From Chrysochromulina tobinii (taxonomy: Eukaryota): DNA of 38,223 nt. A program made the translations under genes and the position numbers. Of the stretch, positions 17,811-27,510 are shown one piece after another. The notes below the pieces were generated by a model that saw only the letters and a program-made list of their open reading frames with translations, was not told the DNA's origin and ran no database searches. The stretch covers positions 1 through 38,223 of the forward strand of contig JWZX01002322.1 of assembly GCA_001275005.1 (NCBI GenBank), written 5' to 3'. Within the stretch, counting starts at the first letter, position 1. Each line of letters opens with the position of its first letter.

Positions 17811-20153
17811 TCACACGACCTCTCTTCGGCAGTGGGCTGTGCGCAGCACTAGACACGGCTTTGCCCAAAGTTCAGCTAATCTTGCCACGACTTCTCTGCT
17901 GCGGTTATGCAGATGCCCGGTATTCACTCCGTCTGCATCATGCTGACAACCATCCACGAGTTCGGCATGCAGCATGTCAGTCGCACGCATGTGAAAGGTG
18001 CTCACGAAGCCGCCATGTTCGCGCGTCGGCACGGCCGAGGTCTTGGCCACGCAGAATTTCGAGGATCCAGAACACAGGAAGCGGAACGCACCAGCCGCGC
18101 ACGACTTGGCAAACGGACCCGCGTGGGGCTCTAGAGCTAGAGCGTCACCATCCTCCCATGTGAGCATGCGGCCAGTCCCATGCCCCTGTACCCCGGTCGC
18201 TTCCGCTGAGGGCTGCCACGAAGAGCCCACGGGCGGCGGCACTGCTTCCCGAGAAGCATCTTCAGCTTGACGGTGGCCGTGCAGCCTGGTGAACCCAGCT
18301 TCAGCTTCGAGCATGGCTGTCTGTACTTGGTGCCCAGCAGCAGTTGGGTGCATGGTAGCGCTCGAGGTGGCGGAACGCCCATCAAAGCGAGCAGGGGGCG
18401 TGACCCATACCTCTGGCATCTGGTGCCGAGCGCGAGGGTCGACTCGCACTGTTCCAGCTTCCTGTGCTTCTCCATGTGCACGCATAAGCGCCAGCCGTCG
18501 CGAGCGCTGGGCACTGCTCTCCCAGCTCTCTGCACTCCCATCGCCACGCCCGGGGCCACGCCCGGGTTCCTCCGAGCCTCCGGGCCTAGCGAGCGAGTCC
18601 AGACGAAATGAAGCCGATGCTGCTTCGTCGACCACCTGACGAGCGTGCAGCGCCGCTTCTGGCGGCTCGCACGCCTCGAGAGATGAGGAAGGGACAGAGA
18701 GCGTCACCACATTCGAGGCCAAGGCAAAGTGCAAGTCGGGCAGCAGGTTTGCCCAAGCGATCTCGGTCGGTCCTCGCACGCGATGGCGCAAGAAGACGCC
18801 CCAGTGGAAGCCGGCCGACGTGTGTTGTGGCGGCTCGGCCCACGGATTTGGCGCAGGCCGATGGGCGCTCAGCTGGGCCGTGATGAGCGTGTTCGTCTCC
18901 TGAAGACAGGCGGGCGATGCCATATCAGCCATCTCGTCGGCGAGTTCGGAGTCTGTGGATAGCAGCCACCACGCCAGCACGTGGTGCACTCGGCCTGCTT
19001 CCGTCACGCTCCTAGGATCACACGTGCCGCCGCTTGTGCCAGGCGCGCGTCGGAATCTGGGCGGTTCGTTTTCAAGTGTCATGTCAATGGAGGTCGTCGC
19101 GGAGGTGGACGACGCGCTAGTAGATGGCTCGATGGGGCTGGTTGCTACGTTGCTCGCCTGGCAGCCAGTCGCGGCGGGCGAGGCAAGCGTCTCCAGTGCG
19201 TCGCCTCCGCACACGCCCTGCTTCCATCGGCTCTCCTGCCTATGCTCGCCAGCGTCGCTCGACGACGAATGCGTCTCGCAATGCTCCGGAAGCACGACCA
19301 CACGCCGCGGCGTTGGCGAGCTACGTCTGCGCTCGCTCGCACTGCGCAGCCAGTAGATGACGGGCACGTCCGTTCGGAACACGATGTCCAAGCGCGCGAG
19401 GAAGACCGCCGCATAGCGAGTCCCTAGAGAGAGTTCGCGCTGCCGCTTGAGCAGCAGCGCACGTCGCATAGAGAGCAGTGCACTTGTCGTCTGAGCGCAT
19501 TGGGACGCGGAGAGTTGGCGTTGGAAGAGGGAGCAGTTGCTGACGAGCAAGCTGTACGGGCATGGCTCGTGTGTCCAAGCAACTGGGAGATGTAACGCGT
19601 CCAGCAGGGTGGCCCGCGCTGAGTTCGGGTGCTCACTCCATGAGTGGAGCACAATCTCGACGCCGCTCGAAAACCACCGCGTGGCTGGCATGCACACGTG
19701 CATGCGCAACGAAAAGGCGGCGACGCTGAGCCGCGAGAGCTCCTCAGCCTCGCGCCGAGCGTCCAGAAGGTGACCGCGCCGGCGTGTCATTGTAGCGTCA
19801 TGATCGTCAAAGCGAGCGTCAAAGAGCACGACGATCAGTGAGCCGTTTTGGCTGTGTTGCTCCGGCCACTCTTTTGTCTCCTCCCACGTTGCACGACGGC
19901 GTCGATCAGCGAGCGCGTCGACTTGAATTCTTTCGCGCAATGCATTGCCTTCTGCACGTAACGCGGCAACTTTACTCGGGTGATGCGGTGGCTGTGGCGG
20001 AGGCGGAGGCGGCGGATTCGACGGCGGCGCATCCGGTGGGCCTGGCGGTGGTGGAGGGTTCGGCGGGGGATTTGGCGGCGGCATAAATCGGCGTGGGGCA
20101 GAGATGAGTCGTAGGAGAAGTAGGAGGCATCCAAGAAAGTGTTGGCGCCACAT
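17811..20153 (-). CDS. Secreted or type II membrane protein, possibly glycosyltransferase-like (780 aa)
   Basis: MWRQHFLGCLLLLLRLISA signal/anchor, then a Pro-rich stem, then motifs VEIVLHSWS and YAAVFLARLDIVF reminiscent of uncharacterised GT-like families. Function is tentative. Confidence 0.55.
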   Translation of the reverse strand: MWRQHFLGCLLLLLRLISAPRRFMPPPNPPPNPPPPPGPPDAPPSNPPPPPPPQPPHHPSKVAALRAEGNALRERIQVDALADRRRRATWEETKEWPEQHSQNGSLIVVLFDARFDDHDATMTRRRGHLLDARREAEELSRLSVAAFSLRMHVCMPATRWFSSGVEIVLHSWSEHPNSARATLLDALHLPVAWTHEPCPYSLLVSNCSLFQRQLSASQCAQTTSALLSMRRALLLKRQRELSLGTRYAAVFLARLDIVFRTDVPVIYWLRSASERRRSSPTPRRVVVLPEHCETHSSSSDAGEHRQESRWKQGVCGGDALETLASPAATGCQASNVATSPIEPSTSASSTSATTSIDMTLENEPPRFRRAPGTSGGTCDPRSVTEAGRVHHVLAWWLLSTDSELADEMADMASPACLQETNTLITAQLSAHRPAPNPWAEPPQHTSAGFHWGVFLRHRVRGPTEIAWANLLPDLHFALASNVVTLSVPSSSLEACEPPEAALHARQVVDEAASASFRLDSLARPGGSEEPGRGPGRGDGSAESWESSAQRSRRLALMRAHGEAQEAGTVRVDPRARHQMPEVWVTPPARFDGRSATSSATMHPTAAGHQVQTAMLEAEAGFTRLHGHRQAEDASREAVPPPVGSSWQPSAEATGVQGHGTGRMLTWEDGDALALEPHAGPFAKSCAAGAFRFLCSGSSKFCVAKTSAVPTREHGGFVSTFHMRATDMLHAELVDGCQHDADGVNTGHLHNRSREVVARLAELWAKPCLVLRTAHCRREVV

Positions 20154-20405
20154 CGGTGCGCGCGGCGGAGTCAAAGAACGCGGGGTGTGTGTTCGTGAAG
20201 TTGAGGACTTTGCGAGCCGGTGTCGTGTGGCGTTTCAACTCAATGCATGCGTACATGTAGGTAGGGTCCCTTCGACTGGATCACTCGATCTTTCATGTGG
20301 GGTTCGGAAAACTTGTGCCTCTCCAGGCCCTGAGGCCCGTCTTGCGGGCGGTGAGCTATTTCAGCTTTGAGCTTACAGATGTTTGCACAGATTGGCACAC
20401 ACAGT

Positions 20406-21734
20406 TCACAGCGGCATGTATGCCACGTCAGTCGCAGTACACCCGTCTCGTGTGTATCCTCGGCCACGTGGCCGCGCCCGCACTTGTCGCGCTAGCACTG
20501 CAAGGGCGAGCAACAGTAGTAGTGCGGCACCGAGTAGGTACATAGGGTGCAAGGGGCTCACACCAAACGATGGCATCGGGGGAGACAAAGAGCGAGACAC
20601 CACTGGTGGCGTCACCACTGGTGTTGTCGGATCGTGTAGTGTAGCGAGTGGCGTAACCACCGCTCGATTTGAAAGGCCTTGTCTTAGATCGACCTCGTAT
20701 GCTGCAGCCATTCGTTCGCATGCTGAGTGTGGCTCGCTTGGGCCACCCGCTTGCTTGCAGTCCATACCAGTGTACAGAAACGGCGACCCATAGCCGCCAT
20801 CGGTGTCGCAACGCCGCTTGTCGCCATCAGCCTCCACCTCGGCCGCAAGCAGCACCTTCCGGTCAGCCGCCGCGGCAGCTGCAATGGCTGCCGGCCCGTC
20901 CGACTGTGTGATGCAGAAAGGGTCGTGGCAAGTGCGATTGAGCACTTTGGCAGCCACTGTCGCTGTTGGCGCACCGTCGGCGCGGCCGCAAGGCCCAAAA
21001 AGCAGCCTTCGCAAGTGCGCGTACACAATGCACGCGAGGAGCGCTGAGCCGTCGGCGTTGAGGTGCACGGCATCCGTGCTGAAGAGGTTCGCCGCCCTGG
21101 GCACTGCCGCATGCGCGAGCGCTCTACGTGGCATGCTGCCGGCGCTGGCAGCCAGCTTCGTGTGCACGTCGCTGATCACTACAGCTGCCTCTTGGAGCAA
21201 AGCAGGGTCAATGCCCATGATGGGCCTTGCACTCAGCAGCGGCGGCGGCGTCAGCAGAAGGACCAGCTTGAGCTGTGGTTGGTGCTCAAATGCACCGATA
21301 ATGGAGGCGAGACCTGTGCGCAAGCCATGGCCGTGCTCGCGCCCCCATGAGCTGCATGGACCCGCACTCCAAAAGTGAGCCTTCGCATCATTCGTGCCGA
21401 GCATCAGGACCACGACGTGGGGAGCGAAGCGCAAGGCTGCGGAATACTCGGGTACGGACTCATACGGTGGCCCGTTTCCGCCGGTGTGATTGCAAGCGGT
21501 AGCGCCACCGTGCCCAAAGTTACGAACCACGGCGCGCTGGGTTGCTGCCAACCGTGCGAGCAGAGCAGGATACGAGCCACGCTTACGCAGCGCGTACTGT
21601 GAAGGTCTTAGCCTCTGAAAAGGCACACGATTGGCAGGAATATGCTCGTGCAGCCCGTCGCCGCGTGTCAGCGAGTCACCGATGCACGCTATGCGAATGA
21701 GATCATGGCTTTCTGGGCATCGCCGATTTGCCAT
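20406..21734 (-). CDS. SGNH/GDSL-family hydrolase with C-terminal membrane anchor (442 aa)
   Basis: Blocks I IACIGDSLT, II NFGHGG, III LGTND, V DAVH. Hydrophobic YLLGAALLLLLALAVL near the C-terminus. Confidence 0.9.
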   Translation of the reverse strand: MANRRCPESHDLIRIACIGDSLTRGDGLHEHIPANRVPFQRLRPSQYALRKRGSYPALLARLAATQRAVVRNFGHGGATACNHTGGNGPPYESVPEYSAALRFAPHVVVLMLGTNDAKAHFWSAGPCSSWGREHGHGLRTGLASIIGAFEHQPQLKLVLLLTPPPLLSARPIMGIDPALLQEAAVVISDVHTKLAASAGSMPRRALAHAAVPRAANLFSTDAVHLNADGSALLACIVYAHLRRLLFGPCGRADGAPTATVAAKVLNRTCHDPFCITQSDGPAAIAAAAAADRKVLLAAEVEADGDKRRCDTDGGYGSPFLYTGMDCKQAGGPSEPHSACERMAAAYEVDLRQGLSNRAVVTPLATLHDPTTPVVTPPVVSRSLSPPMPSFGVSPLHPMYLLGAALLLLLALAVLARQVRARPRGRGYTRDGCTATDVAYMPL

Positions 21735-22035
21735 CGCCGATTGCGATCGCTCCTAGCGTCGAGGCGACGCCGATTGCCCTCGTGAATTTCCTCAAGTTCG
21801 TGTGAAATTGAATCGGCGGGACCTCAGTCGTCCCGCAGTCTCGCTCGGGTTTCCATTGGACAAACAGTCCAGGGCCATTGCGGAATTTCCACGGCTCCGA
21901 ATTCCGCAACGCGCCATCACCGCGGGATATCGCCAGCGGCCGCACTGCCGCCGCGGCCGCCCACGCAACCAGCCCCTAGTCAATCGGGTTCAAGCGTGCG
22001 CGAGCAGTGACGCCATCGATGTGCCAAACTGGGCC

Positions 22036-22224
22036 ATGGACATCGGTCAATGGTTGCCGGAGTGGCTGGTTTACGGATTGTTAGCCTGGCTGGTGTATGG
22101 CTCGGTGATGACCCTCGCAAACCCTCACTGCATGATGAGGAGATGCTGTCAGAGGACCACAATAGAATCATTGGTAGACTCAGAGGCCATTGCGCTCGTG
22201 CCCCAAACCTGTCAAAGGGCCTAA
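22036..22224 (+). CDS. Possible small membrane peptide (62 aa)
   Basis: GCCATGG start context; hydrophobic WLPEWLVYGLLAWLVYGSVMTL followed by Cys-rich HCMMRRCC; divergent from the SGNH gene. No recognisable homology. Confidence 0.25.
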   Translation: MDIGQWLPEWLVYGLLAWLVYGSVMTLANPHCMMRRCCQRTTIESLVDSEAIALVPQTCQRA

Positions 22225-22628
22225 GGTTGGCACTCTAGCTGCGCGACGTCATTATGATCTGTGGATAATGTCATGGAATGGCGTGCGAGAGAGCCGAGAC
22301 AGTGTATAGTGTGTAACTCATTGAGTTGTTAAGAAGTTTGCTAGTGTACACGACGCTTGAGTTCTACAGTTCGCCATTATCACCTCGCAACCGAAGCGTG
22401 TCGGTGACATTCGCGCACGGTCCGGTCTTGGGTCTACGTTACCGGTCCTACGTCCGAGTCGCCCCCGACGTGACAATCCAATCCTATCTACTCAGTCTCG
22501 TCCTCTCGTCGCTCCCCCAAAGTTCCGTCCTAGAGCGCTAGAGGCGGACGGGGCGGCCTGGAAACCTCGCTACTCCGGCGGCTACTCACCTATTCGTCCG
22601 CCGCATCCATATCGCATATACGCGCGTC

Positions 22629-22647
22629 CTGGTGAGCACTTGCTTGC
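22629..22647 (-). mobile_element. Truncated fifth copy of the introner-like element between duplicated gene-end sequences
   Basis: Minus strand GCAAGCAAGTGCTCACCAG is 17/19 to element core GCATGCAAGTGCTCACCAC. It is flanked by imperfect direct repeats 22676-22707 and 22590-22628. Confidence 0.55.
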
Positions 22648-22675
22648 GGGGCAGGAGTGGTTCGTCACAACACCA

Positions 22676-24892
22676 CTACTCGTCCGCCGCATCCATATGC
22701 GCGCGTCGCGTCGGCGCGCGCCGTGGACTCGGCGCGAGAAGATCAATCGTCTCGTGTAGCTGCTCGTGGATGAGCGACGCCTGCTGCGCAGCCTGCTCCT
22801 TGTTCCACAACGCACGCAGCTCGGCTGCTCGCACATCTTCTTCGAGACGCGAGCTGACCTCCTCCGCGCGGCGCGCTCGCGCAGCCTCCAGCGCCGCTTG
22901 CTGCTCCGCGGCCCCGAGCCGCATGCGCAGCTCGAGTGTCTCCTTGGAGGCCGCCAGCGCCGCTTGGGTCGCCGCGTGCTCGAGCTCGGCCACACGGCAC
23001 TCACTCGCGTCGGCCCGCGCGTCGGCGGTTACGCGGGCAGCTTCGAGCTCCTCGGTGCGTGCAGAAAGCGTCGCCTGGCTCTGCTGCAGCTCCGCGCTCA
23101 GACGCTCCGCCAGGCGCGTCAACTCACTGAGCTGCTGTTGGAGGGCCTCTCGTTGGGAAGCCTCGGCCGCCGCAGCTGCCTCGCGCCGCGCCGCCACCGC
23201 CACGTGGCGCCACGCGCCGAAGGACGTCGCTGCGGTGAGCCGCGCGTCGCCGTAGGCCACCGCGTGCGCCCAGTGCGTCCGTGCGCGACTGGCGACCGCC
23301 GCGCGTCGCACGAGGCCAGCGGAGGCATCGGCGGCGGCCTGTCGGGCGCGATCGAGATCCGCACTTAGTGCGCGGTGCCGTCGGCGGCTGACAAGGTGTG
23401 ACCAGTGACTCAAGCTCGCCTGCAGGTCCGCCTGCTGCCGGAGGCGCCACTCGCGTTCGGCAAAGCTGTCGGCACCGGCGTAGCGCGCGTGCTCGCTCCT
23501 GGTGAACGCCCGCTCGAGATAGTCGATCTCCCCACAGAGCAGCCCGCGCGCCTCGACGGACGTCCGTAGACGCTCGATCGACGCACGCGCGCTGAGCGCA
23601 CGCTGCCGCTCGGAGGCAGCTGCATCGGCGTGCGCGCTCTCGGCGCGCGCCTCGGCCAGCGCGCCCGCATGCGCCGCCGCCTCGCGCACCGCCGCCTCTA
23701 GCCTTCCACGCAGCTCGCTCTCCGCCGCTGCGGCAGAGCCCGCCATCTGCGCACGCACGCGGCGCGCCGTCGCGAGCACCGCCCAGAAGCGCAGGGTGGC
23801 CCCAAGGCAACGCCCAAGACGACGCTGGGCCGCCGCCACGCGGCGCGCCGTCGCGAGCACCGCCCAGAAGCGCAGGGTGGCCCCAAGACGACGCAGGGCC
23901 GCCGCGGCGGCGAAGACGGCGCCGAGCTGCTCGAGTACCTGGCTGTGCCGCGCGACACGCCGCTCGCTCAAGACGACACTTTCGAGCCTCTGCTCCTCCT
24001 CGGCCGCTGCTTTGGCAAGAGCCTCGGCGCGCTGCTGGCGGGTAGCGAGCACGAGCAGCTGCGCCTCGGAGGCCTCACGCTGCGCGACACGCAGCTGCGC
24101 GGCTATCGCCTCGGCCGCCGAGCGCGCGTTCGCTTCGCTCTGCGTGCGCTCCGCCGCCATCTCGGCAGCCGCCTGGAGGCGCGCGGCTCGATGTCTCGCC
24201 GTGGCCGCAAACAGGCGCCACGTGCCGAGCAGGTGCATCGCGGCGCGCTGCTCACGACGCGCCGCGAGCGCCATGGAGAATGTGTCGCACACGACATCGT
24301 GCATGCGCTCGAGCTTCGAGGCAACCTGTGCGCTCGCTTGCTGCAGCTGCTCGTCGACCGTCGCGTGCGTCTGCTGCTTCTGCGCCTCTGCCGCCGCGTG
24401 CGCCCGCTGCACCTCCGCCTCCGCCGCGGCGCGCACCTCGTCCAAGCGCGCCTCGGCCGCGGCGCGCGCCTCCCGCGCCTCCGCCTCGGCCGCGGCGCGT
24501 GCCTCCTCGGCACGGCGACGGCGGCGGCCTTCCTCGAAGGCAAGCCGCTCGGCCTCTTTGCGACGTGCCTCCTCTGCCTCGAGCCTCGCGGACGTCTCCG
24601 CAGTCAACTCGTCTGCCGTGCGCAGATGCGCGATAAGTTCCGTGTTACGGTCATCTTCGCTGTCGAGGCCTGCAACAACGTGCCGCCAGTGGCACAGAGC
24701 GGCAAGTGCAGAGCCCCACACAGCGCGAGAGAATACGCCGATTACCTTGTCGGCCCCGAGCATGAGCTGTAGGGTATTTGCGCGCTCAATAATGGCATCA
24801 CGCTCCGAGCTGGCACGGAAGAGGGCTTCGTCCTTTTCTGCAATCGCGTCCCGCGCCTTGGTCACCTCGGCGACCAAGGCCGCCACCGCCAT
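22676..24892 (-). CDS. Ala-rich coiled-coil protein with spaced Trp motifs (Sfi1/centrin-binding-like), 738 aa
   Basis: Long heptad-rich ORF with repeated motifs ALCHWRH, LLGTWRL, TLRFWAV (x2), SLSHWSH, SFGAWRH resembling the Sfi1 [FL]xxW[KR] repeat end. Family assignment is tentative. Confidence 0.65.
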   Translation of the reverse strand: MAVAALVAEVTKARDAIAEKDEALFRASSERDAIIERANTLQLMLGADKVIGVFSRAVWGSALAALCHWRHVVAGLDSEDDRNTELIAHLRTADELTAETSARLEAEEARRKEAERLAFEEGRRRRRAEEARAAAEAEAREARAAAEARLDEVRAAAEAEVQRAHAAAEAQKQQTHATVDEQLQQASAQVASKLERMHDVVCDTFSMALAARREQRAAMHLLGTWRLFAATARHRAARLQAAAEMAAERTQSEANARSAAEAIAAQLRVAQREASEAQLLVLATRQQRAEALAKAAAEEEQRLESVVLSERRVARHSQVLEQLGAVFAAAAALRRLGATLRFWAVLATARRVAAAQRRLGRCLGATLRFWAVLATARRVRAQMAGSAAAAESELRGRLEAAVREAAAHAGALAEARAESAHADAAASERQRALSARASIERLRTSVEARGLLCGEIDYLERAFTRSEHARYAGADSFAEREWRLRQQADLQASLSHWSHLVSRRRHRALSADLDRARQAAADASAGLVRRAAVASRARTHWAHAVAYGDARLTAATSFGAWRHVAVAARREAAAAAEASQREALQQQLSELTRLAERLSAELQQSQATLSARTEELEAARVTADARADASECRVAELEHAATQAALAASKETLELRMRLGAAEQQAALEAARARRAEEVSSRLEEDVRAAELRALWNKEQAAQQASLIHEQLHETIDLLAPSPRRAPTRRAHMDAADE

Positions 24893-25114
24893 CGAGAACC
24901 CAGTTGCTGGGCTACAACATTCACAGCGATCCGTTCATCGGCGCGGCAGTAAAGCAAGCTCTCACGCTCACGGTTCAGAAGCGACGGCCCACCACGTGTC
25001 AACGAAACCACCAGTTTGGCTACCGGTAATGATTGCTCAAGGACTTCCGTGGTGCTCGCTCTGGGACTTCAGGCGAGCGGCGACGGACCGTGCACGGTGA
25101 ACGGATCGTTGACG

Positions 25115-25675
25115 ATGACGTCGGCGCTCTCCATGCCACTCGCTGTTCTCGCACTCTCAACGGGCCCGTCAGTGAGCCGCCGCGCTGCAGTCTTCGGAGC
25201 TACGCTTCTGCCATCGGTAGCCATCCGATCAGCAGCGATCGAAGCGCCTGTCGTCGGCGAGAAGCTCCGCAACCTCTCTCCGGAGAAATTGGCAGAGATC
25301 GTTAAAAGCGATCTAGTGGATCGCCAGTTCCTCGCGACGGCCGACTTCACACGCGAGGTCTACGATGAATCTACGCTCTTCACCGATGAGATCGATACGT
25401 ACACACTGCCCAAGTTCATCAAGGGCACCTCTGCTCTCTTCGTGCCTGAAAAGTCGCAGGTCCGCCTCGTTGGGGACGTCGAGGCTACCACCACCAAGAT
25501 CACGTTCAAATTCGACGAGGATCTCTGCTTCCGCATCCCGTTTCAGCCCATTGTGACTGTCACGGGCCGCTGCGAGCTCACACGCGACCCACAGAGTGGC
25601 CTTATCACTGCGTACAGGGAATACTGGGACAAGACACCAAAGCAGGTCATTCTAGAGACGACGCGCTTCAGGTAG
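25115..25675 (+). CDS. Putative plastid-targeted NTF2/SnoaL-fold (DUF2358-like) protein (186 aa)
   Basis: Hydrophobic leader then SRRAA twin-Arg-like motif. Core features: VYDESTLFTDEIDTY, VTGRCELTRDPQSGLITAYREYWD. Strong C/G third-position codon bias. Confidence 0.7.
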   Translation: MTSALSMPLAVLALSTGPSVSRRAAVFGATLLPSVAIRSAAIEAPVVGEKLRNLSPEKLAEIVKSDLVDRQFLATADFTREVYDESTLFTDEIDTYTLPKFIKGTSALFVPEKSQVRLVGDVEATTTKITFKFDEDLCFRIPFQPIVTVTGRCELTRDPQSGLITAYREYWDKTPKQVILETTRFR

Positions 25676-25948
25676 GCTCAAAGCCGTTAGCCACTCCAGG
25701 CGGGGGATGAGCTGCGAGAGACTGGCAGACGCAGCGCACTGCGCTTGAGCTCCTTCCGGATGCGCGGGTTGGAGAATGCATCGCCGATTCGGTTTTCTTT
25801 CCGCTGCGTTGACGCGGACACACGTTTTATGGCTGGCCTCCCTCTGTCTGAGTGTGAAGACTAGATGTCCTTTTTGACGCTCTGTGTAGATGAATCGTCC
25901 GCTTTCCCAGAGGCCGTAGACGGACCGACCGAGTCACGGAGAACGAGG

Positions 25949-26694
25949 ATGACGCCGCTGTTCGCGTTGCTTGGCTTCGCGGCTGCCTATGCGCCGGCGG
26001 TGCGCCCTCTTGTCGCGTCGGCCGCATCGCGCGTGCGCATCGTCTCCGCGACCGATAGCGGCTCGCTCCTGCAGGCGATGAGCGACTCGTTCTATGCAAA
26101 CAAGCGCGCACGCCTCGAGGCTGAGCTTGCTTCGCGTCTGAGCGAGCTGGAGGAGTTTGAGGCGCGCGAGCGTGCGCTTCTCGACATGTCGCAGCCCGCC
26201 ATCGGGCCGGCGGCCGGTACGGCCTCTCTCATCGCCCAGCTCGAGGCCGAGAAGGCCAAGAGCGCAGCGCTGGAGGCAGAGCTTGCACGGTCCAAGCTCG
26301 AGGCGGAAATGGCGCTGCAGAAGGTGGCGGCGTACTGGTGCGCGCGCGTGCAGCTACAGCCCTTGCATGCTGCGATTCCTCGCTGACGAGACTTTTTGCC
26401 ATCCACCGTCGGAACAGGGTTGCCAAGCTCAATGCAGCCAAGGTGACGCCTGCTCTTGCTGCTGCAGCGCCGGCAGCATCTGCGGCGCCGGCTGCTGCGG
26501 CGGACCTCGTGCCGTCGCAGCCCGAGTTCCTCGACCCCGATCTGAGCCTGCGCGAGCTCCGGGTGCGCCTTCTCAGCTACGGCCTCTCGACGACGGGTCT
26601 CAAGGCTGAGCTGCGCGAACGCCTCTCCACGGCGATGCTCATGGGCCGTCAGCAATTCAAGAGCTGGGATCCCTCGAGCCTGGCTTGGAAGTAA
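25949..26694 (+). CDS. Putative plastid-targeted coiled-coil/SAP-domain protein; exons 25949-26337, 26418-26694 (221 aa)
   Basis: Signal peptide MTPLFALLGFAAA-YAP (ASAFAP-like) plus a basic transit peptide. 80-nt intron TG|GTGCGC...GCTGAC...AACAG|G. SAP motif LSLRELRVRLLSYGLSTTGLKAELRERL. Confidence 0.8.
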
Positions 26695-27510
26695 GCCGAT
26701 CGGCGCGGGCACCGGCCCTGCGAGCACCGGTTTCGACCCTGGCCGCCTATCGGGGCTGGGCTGGTACGTAGCAGCTACACTGTTGCGCACTCGACCCGGT
26801 GCGATTAGAAGCGAGAAGACCTCAAGCGATACGCGAACGCGCCGCATCAGCACGGCACGCGGGGCGAGCCATCAGGGGGCGAGCGCTCCGACCTCGAGAT
26901 CGAATTCGATGAGATGACGGCCGATCCGGAAAGCCTCACACGGCGACGCATGATGCCTCACCAAAATAATGCCGCGTAACGGTGAGAAATTTTGCGCCAT
27001 CCTCCGGGTGCCGTCATGTGCGGGCCCCTCCCGCCCGGCTTTACCCCGCCCGGCGCGCCGGTCCGGACCACGCCGTCGGCCGGGTTGTCCGGGCGGCGCG
27101 GCGAATTGAAATTAAACGTAATATCGAGACCATAATCGACGCCTCACCGGCGGCAAGCGGCCCACCGACCGACCGACGGCACCGTCCACCGACGCGCCTG
27201 CGCTAGTAACGATTCGTTGGAAATCGCGAAATTCGAAAGACCTTTACGATTTAGAAATTCGTTGGATACGTGTAGAGCTCAGATGATATCCACACTCAGG
27301 CTGGTGCCGACGGACGCGCGTCGACCCGCTCCACCTAGACTGTCAGAGTCGCATCTCTGGCGCTGCGCGCGCCACGACAAAGGATTTCAACGAGTGCCCT
27401 TCCGCCGATGCATACGTAGCGCGCCGCCTCTCGCGGCGCGCCCTGTGGCCGCGACCTTGCCACACACGTAGTAGCCAGTCGCTCAACCCGTCCCCGTGCG
27501 CGAAAGACCA

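Noticed and set aside
23756..23887. 81-nt-offset duplication as another introner intron
   Set aside because: No cassette, and no AG at any position of the duplicated unit on the coding strand that would allow clean removal.
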